A stretch of 64,000 nucleotides of DNA from an uncultured Candidatus Binatia bacterium (lineage in GTDB: Bacteria; Desulfobacterota; Binatia; UBA9968; JAJDTQ01), in NCBI GenBank assembly GCA_965242525.1, contig OZ251459.1, positions 1,312,001 to 1,376,000 of the forward strand, written 5' to 3'. A program made the position numbers and the translations under genes. This document shows positions 28,801 through 37,407 of this stretch, piece by piece; the first letter of the stretch is position 1; every line of letters starts with the position of its first letter. Under the pieces are notes generated by a model. That model made no database searches. It saw only the letters and a list, made by a program, of their open reading frames with translations, and was not told the origin of the DNA.

Positions 28801-29196
28801 AGCTATCCCGAAGCGTTCCGCTACGACGACGCGACACAGACGCTTCACGTGGGCGCGGGCGAGTTCGCGCCAGTCACGCCCGAGGTCCATGGGTTCGAGG
28901 TCTCCGGCCTCAAGGTGGTCCAATCCTGGCTCAAGTACCGCATGAAGGACCGGGGCGGCAAGAAGTCCTCGCCCCTGGACGCCATCCGCCCGGAGCGATG
29001 GACGCCGGGGTTCACCACCGAATTGCTGGAGTTGCTCTGGGTGCTGGAGGCCACCCTCGATAGCTACCCGGAACAGGCGCGCCTGCTCGACGCGGTGGTC
29101 GAAGGCCCCTGCTTCCGGGCCGACGAGTCGCCGCCCGTCCACGAGGCCATGAGGAAGCCGCCGGGCTCGGCCGAGGTTCCGGAGAGGCTGCTCTGA
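25882..29196 (+). CDS. Single-chain restriction-modification enzyme, type ISP-related without helicase (nuclease + N6-adenine MTase + ISP-type specificity domain)
   Basis: RPD...VEIK (PD-(D/E)XK), GAYYTP, LDPAAGTG (motif I), GNPPY (motif IV), YRSFDRQ and VVQSWLKYR. Confidence 0.85.
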   Translation: MNNHVSIHGALQDLAAAVTEKTTQPTAGEPEDQLRAPFETFMADVAAALGRRVTCTGETPLPDRLGRPDYAVHGNGLLVGYVEIKAPGTGADAARFKGRNRQQFQRFSAIPNLLYTDGNQWALYRGGERAGGVVRLSGDVARDGRHAAAVEDAPGVERLVRDFLSWEPLLPLDGKGRMDLRRFADLLAPLCRMLRDDVADALADPASPLVHLAGDWRQLLFPHASDVQFADAYAQTVAFALLLGRSEGADPLTLEGAQAALAAQHGLLSRALQVLTDPGVRAEMSASLDLLLRVLAVVPPAALAGPQDPWLYFYEDFLAAYDPKLRKDAGAYYTPVEVVRAQVRLVDDLLVHRLNRRLGFTEPGVVTLDPAAGTGTYLLGVVEHALGRVEAEQGTGAVAGQAAELANNLYGFELMAGPYAVSELRVSRALRDRGASSADAARVYLTDTLESPHAEPPQLPLFLRPISEQRRKALAVKRETPVLVCIGNPPYDRHEAATPHNGDHTGSWVRWGENGALPAKASSSRAAGADAIFRDFLDPVVAAGRGVHLKNLYNLYVYFWRWALWKVFEHDTARGPGVVSFITASSYLDGDAFRGMREHMRRVCDEVWILDLGGEGRGTRKSDNVFAIQTPVAIAVAARTGKAKEDEPAKVRYARIDGTRRQKLAALDAIDGFRKVAWQDCPNEWQAAFRPAGKGDYFAWPLLTDLMPWQHSGVQLKRTWPIAPDADTLERRWRALLAASGANRTAAFRETRDRKVSSECPPLLSGDETTPIASLGRDAPTPRMERYAYRSFDRQRLFLDTRLADYLRPALWRAHGERQVYVTSLLSQVLGNGPALTACALLPDLHHFPGGSGKSIVPLYRTADASEANLLPGLQDLLGKTLGRKVTPEHFLAYVYGVLAHPAFTARFSEELETRDLRVPLTRDAGLFERVRRTGARLLRLHTYGERFAGGRQRGRVPRGAARCVRAVPGDPASYPEAFRYDDATQTLHVGAGEFAPVTPEVHGFEVSGLKVVQSWLKYRMKDRGGKKSSPLDAIRPERWTPGFTTELLELLWVLEATLDSYPEQARLLDAVVEGPCFRADESPPVHEAMRKPPGSAEVPERLL

Positions 29197-29308
29197 GCGG
29201 GCTTTCCCGGTCTGTGGGACCCCGCACCCGCCTGGTTGGCGACATGTCATCCACGTCCCATGCCGGCCTCCTTCCACCGGGAAGTCTGCCGGCGTCCTGA
29301 TTTGCCGC

Positions 29309-30187
29309 ATGTTGCGGGCCGCTCGACAGACCCGGGCCTATCTCTACGCGGGCCTCACGGTGCTCTTCTGGTCCACGTGCGCCACCGCGTTCAAGCTCTC
29401 GTTGCGCCACGTGGGCGCGGACGTGCTGGTGTTCTACTCCTCCGCGGCGTCCACGGCCGTGCTGCTCGGGGTCACCGCGGCCACCGGTCGCCTGGGACGG
29501 CTCCGGGAGTGGCGCCTCGCCGACTACCGCGCCTCCCTCTGCCTGGGTTTCCTGAACCCTTTCCTCTACTACCTCATGGTCTTCCGGGCCTACGACCTCC
29601 TGCCGGCCCAGGAAGCCCAGGCGCTGAACTTCATCTGGCCCATGGTGCTGACCCTGGCTTCCATCATCCTCCTGCGGCAGCCCGTCAGCCTGCGCTCGAT
29701 GGCGGCCATGGCCGTCGGCTTCTCCGGCGCGGCGACCGTGGCCACCCGGGGACGGTTCCTGCGTCCGGCAAACCCCCAGGGAGCCGTACTTGCCCTGGGA
29801 AGTACCGTCGTATGGGCCCTCTACTGGATCTACGGGATCAAGGACGTCCGGGACCCGGTGACTCGCCTGCTGGTGAACTTCGGGTTCGGATGCGCGTTCA
29901 CCGGCGGTTACCTGTGGCTCACCGGCGCGCTGGTCCTGCCCGGGACCCCGGGACTGGCCGGCGCCGCCTACATCGGCGCGTTCGAGATGGGCGTCACCTT
30001 CGTCACGTGGCTCCAGGCCCTCAGGCTCTCCCGCACCACAGCCCAGGTGAGCCAACTGATCTACCTCACGCCCTTCCTCTCGCTCTTCGTGATCCGGTGG
30101 TTCGTGGGAGAGGCCATTTCCGCGAGCACGGTGGCGGGACTCGCCCTGATCGCGGGCGGCATCGCGCTACAGCGGCGCGGGGCCTGA
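29309..30187 (+). CDS. DMT/EamA family transporter
   Basis: About ten hydrophobic segments arranged as two EamA repeats. Confidence 0.88.
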   Translation: MLRAARQTRAYLYAGLTVLFWSTCATAFKLSLRHVGADVLVFYSSAASTAVLLGVTAATGRLGRLREWRLADYRASLCLGFLNPFLYYLMVFRAYDLLPAQEAQALNFIWPMVLTLASIILLRQPVSLRSMAAMAVGFSGAATVATRGRFLRPANPQGAVLALGSTVVWALYWIYGIKDVRDPVTRLLVNFGFGCAFTGGYLWLTGALVLPGTPGLAGAAYIGAFEMGVTFVTWLQALRLSRTTAQVSQLIYLTPFLSLFVIRWFVGEAISASTVAGLALIAGGIALQRRGA

Positions 30188-30200
30188 AGCGCACGGCCTC

Positions 30201-31193
30201 TCAGTCCGCTTTCTCGCCGAAGGGAAGCTCCGTCCCCAGGCCCTTCTCCCGCGCCAACCCGTAGATCCAGCTCGCGATCCCCACGTCCAGTATGCCCATG
30301 CCCGGGGACTCGTAGAGGATGACCTCGCGGTCGCTCCGGCGTCCGGGCTCCTTCCCCGCCACCACGTCGCAGAGCTCCGCGGCCACGTCCTCCCGGCTGA
30401 ACCGGCCGCTTGCCATGAGCGAGGGGAAAGGTTTCCGGGGCGGGGTGTCGCCCAGCACCTGGTCCGTGCCGGAGAGGAACACCCGCGACCGTTCCACGGT
30501 GGATTCGTCGAACTCCCCGGGGGCCAGGGACATGAGCAGCGCCCCGGGCTCCAGCCAGTCGCCCTCGAACACCACGGTGTTCCCGGAGGTGGCCAGCAGC
30601 ATGATGTCGGCGCCGGCAACGGCTTCCCGGCCGGACTCCGCCGCCGCGACCTCCACTTCCAGCACCGCGGCCATCTCTTCGCAGAAACGCCTGCGGTTCT
30701 CGGCGCTTCGGCTGTACGCCTTGACGCGCCGGATGGGGCGAACCGAGCAGCACGCCCGGACGAAACCCCGGGCGTAGCGTCCCGTCCCGATGACCCCCAG
30801 GGTCTGCGCGTCCGCCCGGGCCAGGTGCTTCGCGGCCACGCCGTAAGGGGACGCGGTGCGGATGGCGTGCAGGTGGTAGTCGGAGATGATGGCGGTCATC
30901 TCCATGTCCTTCCAGTCGAAGAGGCAGATGACCTCCGAGCGGTTGGTTCCCCGGTACCCGGAATAGACCCGCACGGCCGCGGCCCCCAGCTCCGGCGCCA
31001 TGCCCGGCAGGATGCGGATGTTGTGCCAGAGGTGCCCCGGGTGGTCCGGATGCTCCATGGTCAGGCGCTTGAGGTGGTGGGTGCTGCCCGCGGACTGCTG
31101 GCGCAGCACCTCCTCGATGACCGCCACCGCTTCGCCGTAGGCGTCCCGGCCCTCCATGGCCCGGAGGACGTCCCGTTCCGTGAGGAAGAGCAT
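30201..31193 (-). CDS. Ornithine cyclodeaminase/mu-crystallin family protein
   Basis: IRTA motif, GVIGTGRYA Rossmann motif and YESPGMGILDV. Start is ATG at 31193. Confidence 0.85.
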   Translation of the reverse strand: MLFLTERDVLRAMEGRDAYGEAVAVIEEVLRQQSAGSTHHLKRLTMEHPDHPGHLWHNIRILPGMAPELGAAAVRVYSGYRGTNRSEVICLFDWKDMEMTAIISDYHLHAIRTASPYGVAAKHLARADAQTLGVIGTGRYARGFVRACCSVRPIRRVKAYSRSAENRRRFCEEMAAVLEVEVAAAESGREAVAGADIMLLATSGNTVVFEGDWLEPGALLMSLAPGEFDESTVERSRVFLSGTDQVLGDTPPRKPFPSLMASGRFSREDVAAELCDVVAGKEPGRRSDREVILYESPGMGILDVGIASWIYGLAREKGLGTELPFGEKAD

Positions 31194-31204
31194 GGCGCCT
31201 CCCC

Positions 31205-32614
31205 CTACCGCGCCGACCCGCGGGCTCCCGGCCGCGGGCCTCCGGCCCCCGGCTTCGCCAAGTTTCGGACCAGGCGCCGGGCCCGTTCCACCGCCCCGGG
31301 CTCGATGGACAGGGACGAGGCGAACCCGTCCAGGGGCCGGGTGGCGTCGATGCCCATCTTGGCGGTGACGGCGTCGGTGGCCGAGGGGTCGAGCAGCGTG
31401 CCCATGGCGGCATCCACGATGAACACGTCCCGGTTGGCCTGCATCCGCGTGGCCACGGCCCAGAGCACCGCTTCCTCGTCGAACACGTCGATGTCGTCGT
31501 CCACCACCACCACCAGCTTCACGTAGTGGTCGGCGCCCATCACGCTGAAGATGGCCTGTTTCCCCTGTCCCTCCGCGGTCTTGCGCAGCGACACGTAGCA
31601 GTGGAAGCTGCCGATGCCGGAGCGCACCGGCACGTGCACGGCCTTGAGGTTCGGGATGGTCTTCTCCAGCACGTTGGTGAACTCCACCTCCCGCGGCATG
31701 GACAGGCAGCGGCAATGCTCCATGCTGTCGCCGCCGTTGATGTCCTGGTAGAGGGCGTCCTTCCGGTAGTGCAGCGCGGTGGCCTCGAAGACGTTCTCGG
31801 TGCTCCGATTCGAGGCGTACCCCGTGAACTCGCCGAAGGGCCCCTCCTTCTCCCGCACCCCGTTCAGGATCCGCCCCTCGACGACGATCTCCGACCACCG
31901 GGGCACGTTGACTTCCACCGTGGCGCAGGGCGCGAGCTCCAGCGGTTCGCCCAGGAGACCCCCCTGCAAGGCGAACTTCTCCACCCCCGCGGGCGGCAGC
32001 GTCAAGGCCCCCAGGGAAACGAGGGGGTGCACGCCGATGCAGACCGCGGCTTCCAGGGGCTCGCCCTTCTCCTCGGCGCGGCGGAAATACTCGAACATGC
32101 GCCGCCGGGAGTGGAGGCTGACCCCCAGCCTGCGCGGTCCCTTGAGCTGCATCCGGTGGAACCCCGCGGTGCTCATGCCCGACAGGGGGTCCCGCGCCAC
32201 CAGCAACCCCGCGGTCACGTAGGGGCCGCCGTCCTGCTCGAAATGGGTCAGGACCGGAAGCCGCCGGAGGTCCACCTCCCGGTGGAGCACGCTGTTCTCC
32301 CGGTACGGGGCGTCCTTGCACAACTTGGGGGGAACGGGCCGCTGGATGCGCTCCTTGAACTCGTGGACCAGCCGTTCTTCCGACGTATCGAAGGCCCAGG
32401 CCAGACGGGGGCGGTGCGCCAGCACGTTGGCCGCCACCGGGAACCCGCTTCCCACGTCCCGGAACAGGACCGCGGGGCAGTCAGGCAGCCGCTCCGCCTC
32501 CATGACCACCGCGGTGGCCTCGAACTCCGCAGCCACGGCCTGCTCCACCTCGAACAGTTGCTCGGGGCGTTGGTCCTTCAACCGCTTCAGGAAACCCTGT
32601 AGATCCTGCGACAC
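31205..32614 (-). CDS. UbiD-family prFMN-dependent decarboxylase
   Basis: DGGPYVTAG, HRMQ, EGPFGEF, VVVVDDDID and KMGIDAT. Probable GTG start at 32614 after GAGGGGG. Confidence 0.9.
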   Translation of the reverse strand: MSQDLQGFLKRLKDQRPEQLFEVEQAVAAEFEATAVVMEAERLPDCPAVLFRDVGSGFPVAANVLAHRPRLAWAFDTSEERLVHEFKERIQRPVPPKLCKDAPYRENSVLHREVDLRRLPVLTHFEQDGGPYVTAGLLVARDPLSGMSTAGFHRMQLKGPRRLGVSLHSRRRMFEYFRRAEEKGEPLEAAVCIGVHPLVSLGALTLPPAGVEKFALQGGLLGEPLELAPCATVEVNVPRWSEIVVEGRILNGVREKEGPFGEFTGYASNRSTENVFEATALHYRKDALYQDINGGDSMEHCRCLSMPREVEFTNVLEKTIPNLKAVHVPVRSGIGSFHCYVSLRKTAEGQGKQAIFSVMGADHYVKLVVVVDDDIDVFDEEAVLWAVATRMQANRDVFIVDAAMGTLLDPSATDAVTAKMGIDATRPLDGFASSLSIEPGAVERARRLVRNLAKPGAGGPRPGARGSAR

Positions 32615-32628
32615 TCGAACCCCCTCAT

Positions 32629-32779
32629 GGAACATCCGAAGGATCGGGACATGGAGGATGGCCCCGTCACCCTGACCCTCCCGTCCCCGTTCGCCCCCGT
32701 CCCTGTTCGCCCCCCGTCTCCGTTCCTTTCCGCCTCCGTTCGTCCTGGGCGTAACGGAGCGGAGTCGAAGGACGCGCTC
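32629..32779 (+). repeat. Interspersed modular repeat family B (core CCGTTCGTCCTGAGCGTAGCGAAGCGGAGTCGAAGGACGC)
   Basis: GGAACATCCG...ACATGGAGG...TCACCCTGACCC...core; homologous to 39023-39120 and 42545-42685. Confidence 0.8.
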
Positions 32780-34018
32780 TCACCCGCCGCCGCGGAACCG
32801 TTCCCGGACCGCGTCCAGGGAGCAGTCCAGGGGGGCCGGCGGCCGGACGGAGCGCAACGCGGCGTCCACGTCCTTGAGGCCGTGGCCGGTGGACAGCACC
32901 ACCACCCGTTCCGTGCGCGAGACGTCGCCTCGGTCCACCAGCTTCACCAGCGCCGCCACGGCTACGGCCGCCGCGGGCTCGGCGAAGAGTCCCGTGGTCT
33001 TTCCCAGCAACGGCATGGCTTCGAGGATCTCGCCGTCGGACACGCTCACCGCGCTCCCGCCGGAGGCCCTCAGGTCCTGCACCGCCATGACGCCGTTGCG
33101 CGGCAGCGCCACGCTGATGCTGTCGGCCAGGGTGTCCGGCGTCACCGGACGGACCACCCCGTCCCCTTCCAGCGCCAGCTTGACGGCCTGGGAGCCTTCG
33201 GCCTGGGCCGCCACCAGCCGGGGCAGCCGGGAGATCCATCCCAGTCCGTGGAGGTCCACCAGCCCCTTCCACACCCCGCTCAGGATGCACCCGTCCCCCA
33301 CCGGGACGATGACGGTGTCCGGGGGCTCCCAGCCGAGCTGCTCGACGGTCTCCAGCGCCACGGTCTTCTTCCCCTCCACGGTGTAGGGGTTGTAACCGGT
33401 GTTGCGGTTGTACCAGTCGAATTCGTCGCTGGCCCGGACGCAGAGGCTGAAGGCCTCGGAATAGCCGCCCCGGACCGGGAGCACGTCCGCGCCGAACACC
33501 AGGAGCTGGGCCACCTTGGCCCTGGGTGCCGACTCGGGCACGAAGATATGGCACCGCGCCCCCAGGGCCGCGGACAGGCACGCCAGCGACGCGCCGGCGT
33601 TGCCGGTGGAGGCGGCAGCGAACTCGCGCCGGCCGAGCTCCCGCCCCTTGAGCAGCACCACGGAGCTGGCCCGGTCCTTCAGGGAGGCCGAGGGGTTGAC
33701 GGTGTCGTCCTTGATCCAGAGCCGTTCCAGGCCCAGGGACTTGCGCAGACCCGGGACCGGATAGAGGGGCGTCCCCCCCACCGCCAGCGGGAACTCGACG
33801 CGTTCGGCCGCCAGGGGAAGCAGCGGCAGGTACCGCCAGTGGTCCCGGAACGGCGCCGCGCCCACTTGGTCCCGGCTCACGGTCTCCCGGATGCGGTCGT
33901 AGTCGTAGGCGGCCCGCAGGGTCCCCAACTCGCCGCACCCGGGGCAACCGTACCGCCGCGGGTCTTCCCCGTACGCGGCGCCGCACAGGACGCACGTGAG
34001 GCTCACGGGAAGGGGCAT
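32780..34018 (-). CDS. Threonine synthase-like PLP enzyme with N-terminal Zn ribbon
   Basis: CVLC...CPGC, GGTPL, NPSASLKDR, ASTGNAG, EGKKT, PVGDG and TGHGLKD. Confidence 0.88.
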   Translation of the reverse strand: MPLPVSLTCVLCGAAYGEDPRRYGCPGCGELGTLRAAYDYDRIRETVSRDQVGAAPFRDHWRYLPLLPLAAERVEFPLAVGGTPLYPVPGLRKSLGLERLWIKDDTVNPSASLKDRASSVVLLKGRELGRREFAAASTGNAGASLACLSAALGARCHIFVPESAPRAKVAQLLVFGADVLPVRGGYSEAFSLCVRASDEFDWYNRNTGYNPYTVEGKKTVALETVEQLGWEPPDTVIVPVGDGCILSGVWKGLVDLHGLGWISRLPRLVAAQAEGSQAVKLALEGDGVVRPVTPDTLADSISVALPRNGVMAVQDLRASGGSAVSVSDGEILEAMPLLGKTTGLFAEPAAAVAVAALVKLVDRGDVSRTERVVVLSTGHGLKDVDAALRSVRPPAPLDCSLDAVRERFRGGG

Positions 34019-34020
34019 GG

Positions 34021-35055
34021 TCAGCGGACGAAGTGGAGGTTGCGGCGGGCCAGGTTGGCCCGGTCTTCGTCCCGCACCGGATGCTCCCGGTCGGGGATCT
34101 CGACGGTCTGCTCCTTTCCGAACAACGGCGTGGAGAAGTAGCGCATGCCGGTGTCGTTGATCATGGTCACGATCATCCCGGTGGAAGGCAGCGCCGCGGA
34201 CAGCTTGTTGGCCGCGGCCACGTTGCAGCCGGACGAGATGCCGCACAGTACGCCTTCCTCCCGCGCCAGGCGCCGGGCCATGTGGATGGCGTCCGCGGAG
34301 GAGACCGTGACCACCCCGTCCACGTAGTCCAGGTCCAGGTTCCCGGGGATGAAGCCGTCGCCGATGCCCTCGATGGCGTGGGGTCCCCAGGACCCGCCCG
34401 ACAGGATCGGGCATTCCTCGGGCTCCACCGCGTAGATCCGCACGTCCGGGTTCTGCTCCTTCAGCCGCTTGCCCACGCCGGACACGGTGCCGCCGCTGCC
34501 CTGGGAGGCCACGAACACGTCCACCTGGCCGTCGGTCTGGCGCCATATCTCCGGGCCCGTGGTCTCGTAGTGGGCCGCGATGTTGTCCCGGTTGGAGAAC
34601 TGTCCGGGTTCCCAGTAGCGCCCCGGATGGGCGCGCTTGAGCTCCTCCACCTTCTCCAGGCACAGGTCCACGTCGCTCTCGGCCCCGGGGGTCAGCACCA
34701 GCTCCGCGCCGTACGCGCGCATGGTGGCCTTGCGTTCCTCGCTCATACCCTCGGGCATCACCACCACCACCGGATATCCGCACACCGCCCCGATCATGGA
34801 GGTGGCGATGCCGGTGCTGCCGGTGGAGGCTTCCAGGATCGTCATGCCGGGCCGGAGCTCGCCGCGCTCCTCCGCGCTCCGCACCATGCGGCGCAGGATG
34901 CGGTCCTTGAGGCTCGCCGAAGGGTTCATGAACTCCAGCTTGCCGCACAGGGACTGGGGTCCCGCGGCCACCTTGCGCAGCCGGAGCAGCGGCGTCAGGC
35001 CCGCGGCCTCGGTGATGTCCTCCGCGATCCGTCCCCGGGATGCCCAGTCCGTCAT
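34021..35055 (-). CDS. Cysteine synthase-family PLP enzyme
   Basis: KLEFMNPSASLKDR, QFSN, HYETTGPEI, HAIEGIG and GISSG; substrate loop is an atypical STGSTG. Confidence 0.88.
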   Translation of the reverse strand: MTDWASRGRIAEDITEAAGLTPLLRLRKVAAGPQSLCGKLEFMNPSASLKDRILRRMVRSAEERGELRPGMTILEASTGSTGIATSMIGAVCGYPVVVVMPEGMSEERKATMRAYGAELVLTPGAESDVDLCLEKVEELKRAHPGRYWEPGQFSNRDNIAAHYETTGPEIWRQTDGQVDVFVASQGSGGTVSGVGKRLKEQNPDVRIYAVEPEECPILSGGSWGPHAIEGIGDGFIPGNLDLDYVDGVVTVSSADAIHMARRLAREEGVLCGISSGCNVAAANKLSAALPSTGMIVTMINDTGMRYFSTPLFGKEQTVEIPDREHPVRDEDRANLARRNLHFVR

Positions 35056-35081
35056 GTTCGTTCCCTCCTGCCGGCGCCCCG

Positions 35082-35954
35082 TCAGAGCCCCAGCATGGCC
35101 CTGGGGTTGTCCACGATCAGCTTCTCCACGTTCCGGGGCGAGACCCCCTTCTCGTAGAGCCCCTGGGCGTAGAGCCACAGGGCCTCGGGGGGCAGCGGGT
35201 TGTGGGACTGGCCGGTGTCGCTCATGACCACGCAGTTGTCGAACCCCATGGAGTCCATGATCCCCTTGGTGAACTCCAGGTTGACGTAGGCCCACATGGG
35301 CGAGATGGTGCAGTAGCCGAACTCGCCGATGGCGCCGTAGCGCATCATCTGCTTCAGGAAGTCCAGGTTCATGCCCGCGGGCACGCGGAAATAGGGATGG
35401 GTGATGAGGATCTTCTTCACCCCCCGCTCGTGGGCCGCCTTCACCAGCAGCTCGATCTCCCCCAGGGAGAGGTGGGCGGTCCCCAGGATGGCGTCGTACT
35501 TGGCGACGAGCTCCAGCACCACCATGGCCTCCTCCACCACCTTGCCGTCCCTGACCGCGGAGATGGGCTCGCCCCAGACGAAGTCCGCCCCGCTACTCTG
35601 GGTGTCGTAGCTGCCCCTGGCCCCGTGGACCTCCACGTGGTGGGCGGCGTCGATGGTCGGCATCCAGATCTCCTTGGCGCCCAGCCGGAGGCCCACCTCG
35701 GCCGCGGCCGGGTTGATGCCGCCCACGAACTGGTTCATCACCACGCCGCCGAACACCTTGATGTCGGGGAAGTCCTTCTGGATGAGGTAGGCCCGGCTCA
35801 CCGTGCTTTCGTGGTGGCACTTCAGCACGATGGCGGCCATGCCCGCGTCCGACGCGGCCTGCACCGCCTGGCGGTCGTCCACCCGCCGCTGGAAGACGCA
35901 GGGATACGAATGCACGTGCAGGTCCACGGCCCCGTCGAGTTTCATGAATTCCAT
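35082..35954 (-). CDS. Amidohydrolase/PHP-like metalloprotein (DUF6282-like)
   Basis: DLHVH, VLKCHH, GGIN, WMPT, TAH, THP, SDTGQ and NP motifs. Start is ATG at 35954. Confidence 0.8.
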   Translation of the reverse strand: MEFMKLDGAVDLHVHSYPCVFQRRVDDRQAVQAASDAGMAAIVLKCHHESTVSRAYLIQKDFPDIKVFGGVVMNQFVGGINPAAAEVGLRLGAKEIWMPTIDAAHHVEVHGARGSYDTQSSGADFVWGEPISAVRDGKVVEEAMVVLELVAKYDAILGTAHLSLGEIELLVKAAHERGVKKILITHPYFRVPAGMNLDFLKQMMRYGAIGEFGYCTISPMWAYVNLEFTKGIMDSMGFDNCVVMSDTGQSHNPLPPEALWLYAQGLYEKGVSPRNVEKLIVDNPRAMLGL

Positions 35955-36083
35955 AACGTCCCGTCCAGGCGCCCGCCCGGGGCGCGGTTGCGATCCTCGA
36001 TTTCGTCCATCCCCGGAGACTCCGACCCTGCTCCGCCATCCGAACGCCGAGGACCTGAGAAGCGTCGAGCCATTGCAGCATGG

Positions 36084-36112
36084 AACATAACACTTGACGG
36101 GCAGGACCGGAA
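36084..36112 (-). promoter_or_regulatory. Possible extended -10 promoter of the DUF6282 operon
   Basis: TTCCGG-N17-TATGTT with TG extension (TGtTATGTT). Confidence 0.3.
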
Positions 36113-36180
36113 GGCGGCGACGCAGGCCCCGGGCGGCTCGATCCTTCCGGCTGCCCACCGGCAAGGAGGCTCGGGCCACG

Positions 36181-36275
36181 ACGACTCTTTCGACCGGAGT
36201 CGAAAGTGGCTGCGACTTTTTTTGACCGTAGTCAAAAGTAGCCGCGACTTTTTTTGACTACGGTAGAAATTAGCT
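36181..36275. repeat. Three tandem ~32-bp units, each with a TTTTGAC-N4-GTCAAAA-type palindrome (operator-like)
   Basis: CTTTCGAC-CGGA-GTCGAAAG, TTTTGAC-CGTA-GTCAAAA and TTTTGAC-TACG-GTAGAAA, with centres exactly 32 bp apart. Confidence 0.85.
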
Positions 36276-36282
36276 GTATCCT
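36254..36282 (+). promoter_or_regulatory. sigma70 promoter, probably leaderless, for the AAA ATPase
   Basis: TTGACT-N17-TATCCT, with ATG 6 nt after the -10 and no room for an RBS. Confidence 0.7.
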
Positions 36283-36288
36283 TGAGAC

Positions 36289-37407
36289 ATGGCAGAGACG
36301 CCCCGCTACCTCTCCGGACAGGTCCTGTCCGACCTCCGCCGCAAGATGGTGTTCGTGGCGGGCCCCCGACAGGTGGGCAAGACCACCTTCGCGCGGAGCC
36401 TGCCCGGCGCCCCGGAGGGTTACCTCAACTGGGACGTGGCCGCGCACCGGCATCGCATCCTGCGGCGCGAACTGCCCCCGTCCGGCCTCTGGGTCTTCGA
36501 CGAGATCCACAAATACCGCCAGTGGCGCGGCTACCTCAAGGGCTTGTACGACGACCGCGGGGAGGGCCAACGGATCCTCGTGACCGGCAGCGGCCGGCTC
36601 GACCTCTACAGGTTCGGCGGCGACGCCCTGCAGGGGCGCTACCACCTGCTGCGGCTGCATCCCTTCTCCGTGGCCGAAGCGGGCGTGGGCACGCCCGCGG
36701 AGCTGCGCGACCTGCTGGAGCTCGGCGGCTTTCCCGAGCCCTGGCTGTCGGGCAGCCGCCGGGAAGCAAGGCGCTGGTCCCGGGAGTACCGGGCCCGGCT
36801 CGTGCGCGAGGAAGCGGCCACCCTCGAGCAGGTCCGGGACCTCGGCCAGTTGGAGCTGATGATGCTGGCCCTGCCCGAGAGGGTGGGCGCGCCGCTTTCC
36901 GTCAACGCCCTGCGCGAGGACTTGCAGGTGAGCCACAAGACCGCGGACGCCTGGCTCGGCGCCCTGGAGCGGCTGTACGCCATCTTCCGGCTGCCGCCGT
37001 TCGGCTCGCCCCGCCTGCGCGCGGTCAAGAAGCAGTGCAAGCACTACCACTTCGACTGGACCCTGGCGCCCGAAGACGGGGCGCGTTTCGAGAACCTCAC
37101 CGCCTGCCACCTGCTCAAGTGGGTCCACCACCAACAGGACACCGAGGGGTTGGACCTGGAGTTGCGCTACTTCCGCGACAAGGACGGCCGGGAAGTCGAT
37201 TTCGTCGTCGAGCAGCGGAGAACCCCGTCGCTGCTGGTCGAATGCAAGTGGTCCGACGCCCCTCCGGACCGAGGCCTCAAGTACCTGAAGGCAAGGTTCC
37301 CCAAGGCCGAGGCATGGCAGGTCTCCGCCATCGGCGTGAAGGACTACGTAACCCCGGAAGGAATCCGCGTAGCCCCCGCACTGGCGCTGTTGTCCGGGCT
37401 GGCGTAG
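36289..37407 (+). CDS. AAA_14 + DUF4143 ATPase with C-terminal PD-(D/E)XK-like motif
   Basis: GPRQVGKTT, FDEIHK, VTGSG, GGFPE, FENL and YFRDKDGREVDFVV...LVECK. Confidence 0.9.
   Translation: MAETPRYLSGQVLSDLRRKMVFVAGPRQVGKTTFARSLPGAPEGYLNWDVAAHRHRILRRELPPSGLWVFDEIHKYRQWRGYLKGLYDDRGEGQRILVTGSGRLDLYRFGGDALQGRYHLLRLHPFSVAEAGVGTPAELRDLLELGGFPEPWLSGSRREARRWSREYRARLVREEAATLEQVRDLGQLELMMLALPERVGAPLSVNALREDLQVSHKTADAWLGALERLYAIFRLPPFGSPRLRAVKKQCKHYHFDWTLAPEDGARFENLTACHLLKWVHHQQDTEGLDLELRYFRDKDGREVDFVVEQRRTPSLLVECKWSDAPPDRGLKYLKARFPKAEAWQVSAIGVKDYVTPEGIRVAPALALLSGLA

Noticed and set aside
29198-29218. Degenerate MITE end after the RM gene (GGGCTTTCCCGGTCTGTGG)
   Set aside because: Only a gapped, partial match to the TIR; too weak in GC-rich DNA.
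36080-36107. dif-like Xer site at the islet edge (TTATGTTCCAT on the minus strand resembles the XerD arm TTATGTTAAAT)
   Set aside because: No credible XerC arm 6 nt away. It is better explained as an extended -10 element.
36181-36275. CRISPR array
   Set aside because: Contiguous 32-bp units without spacers that overlap a promoter; an operator array fits better.
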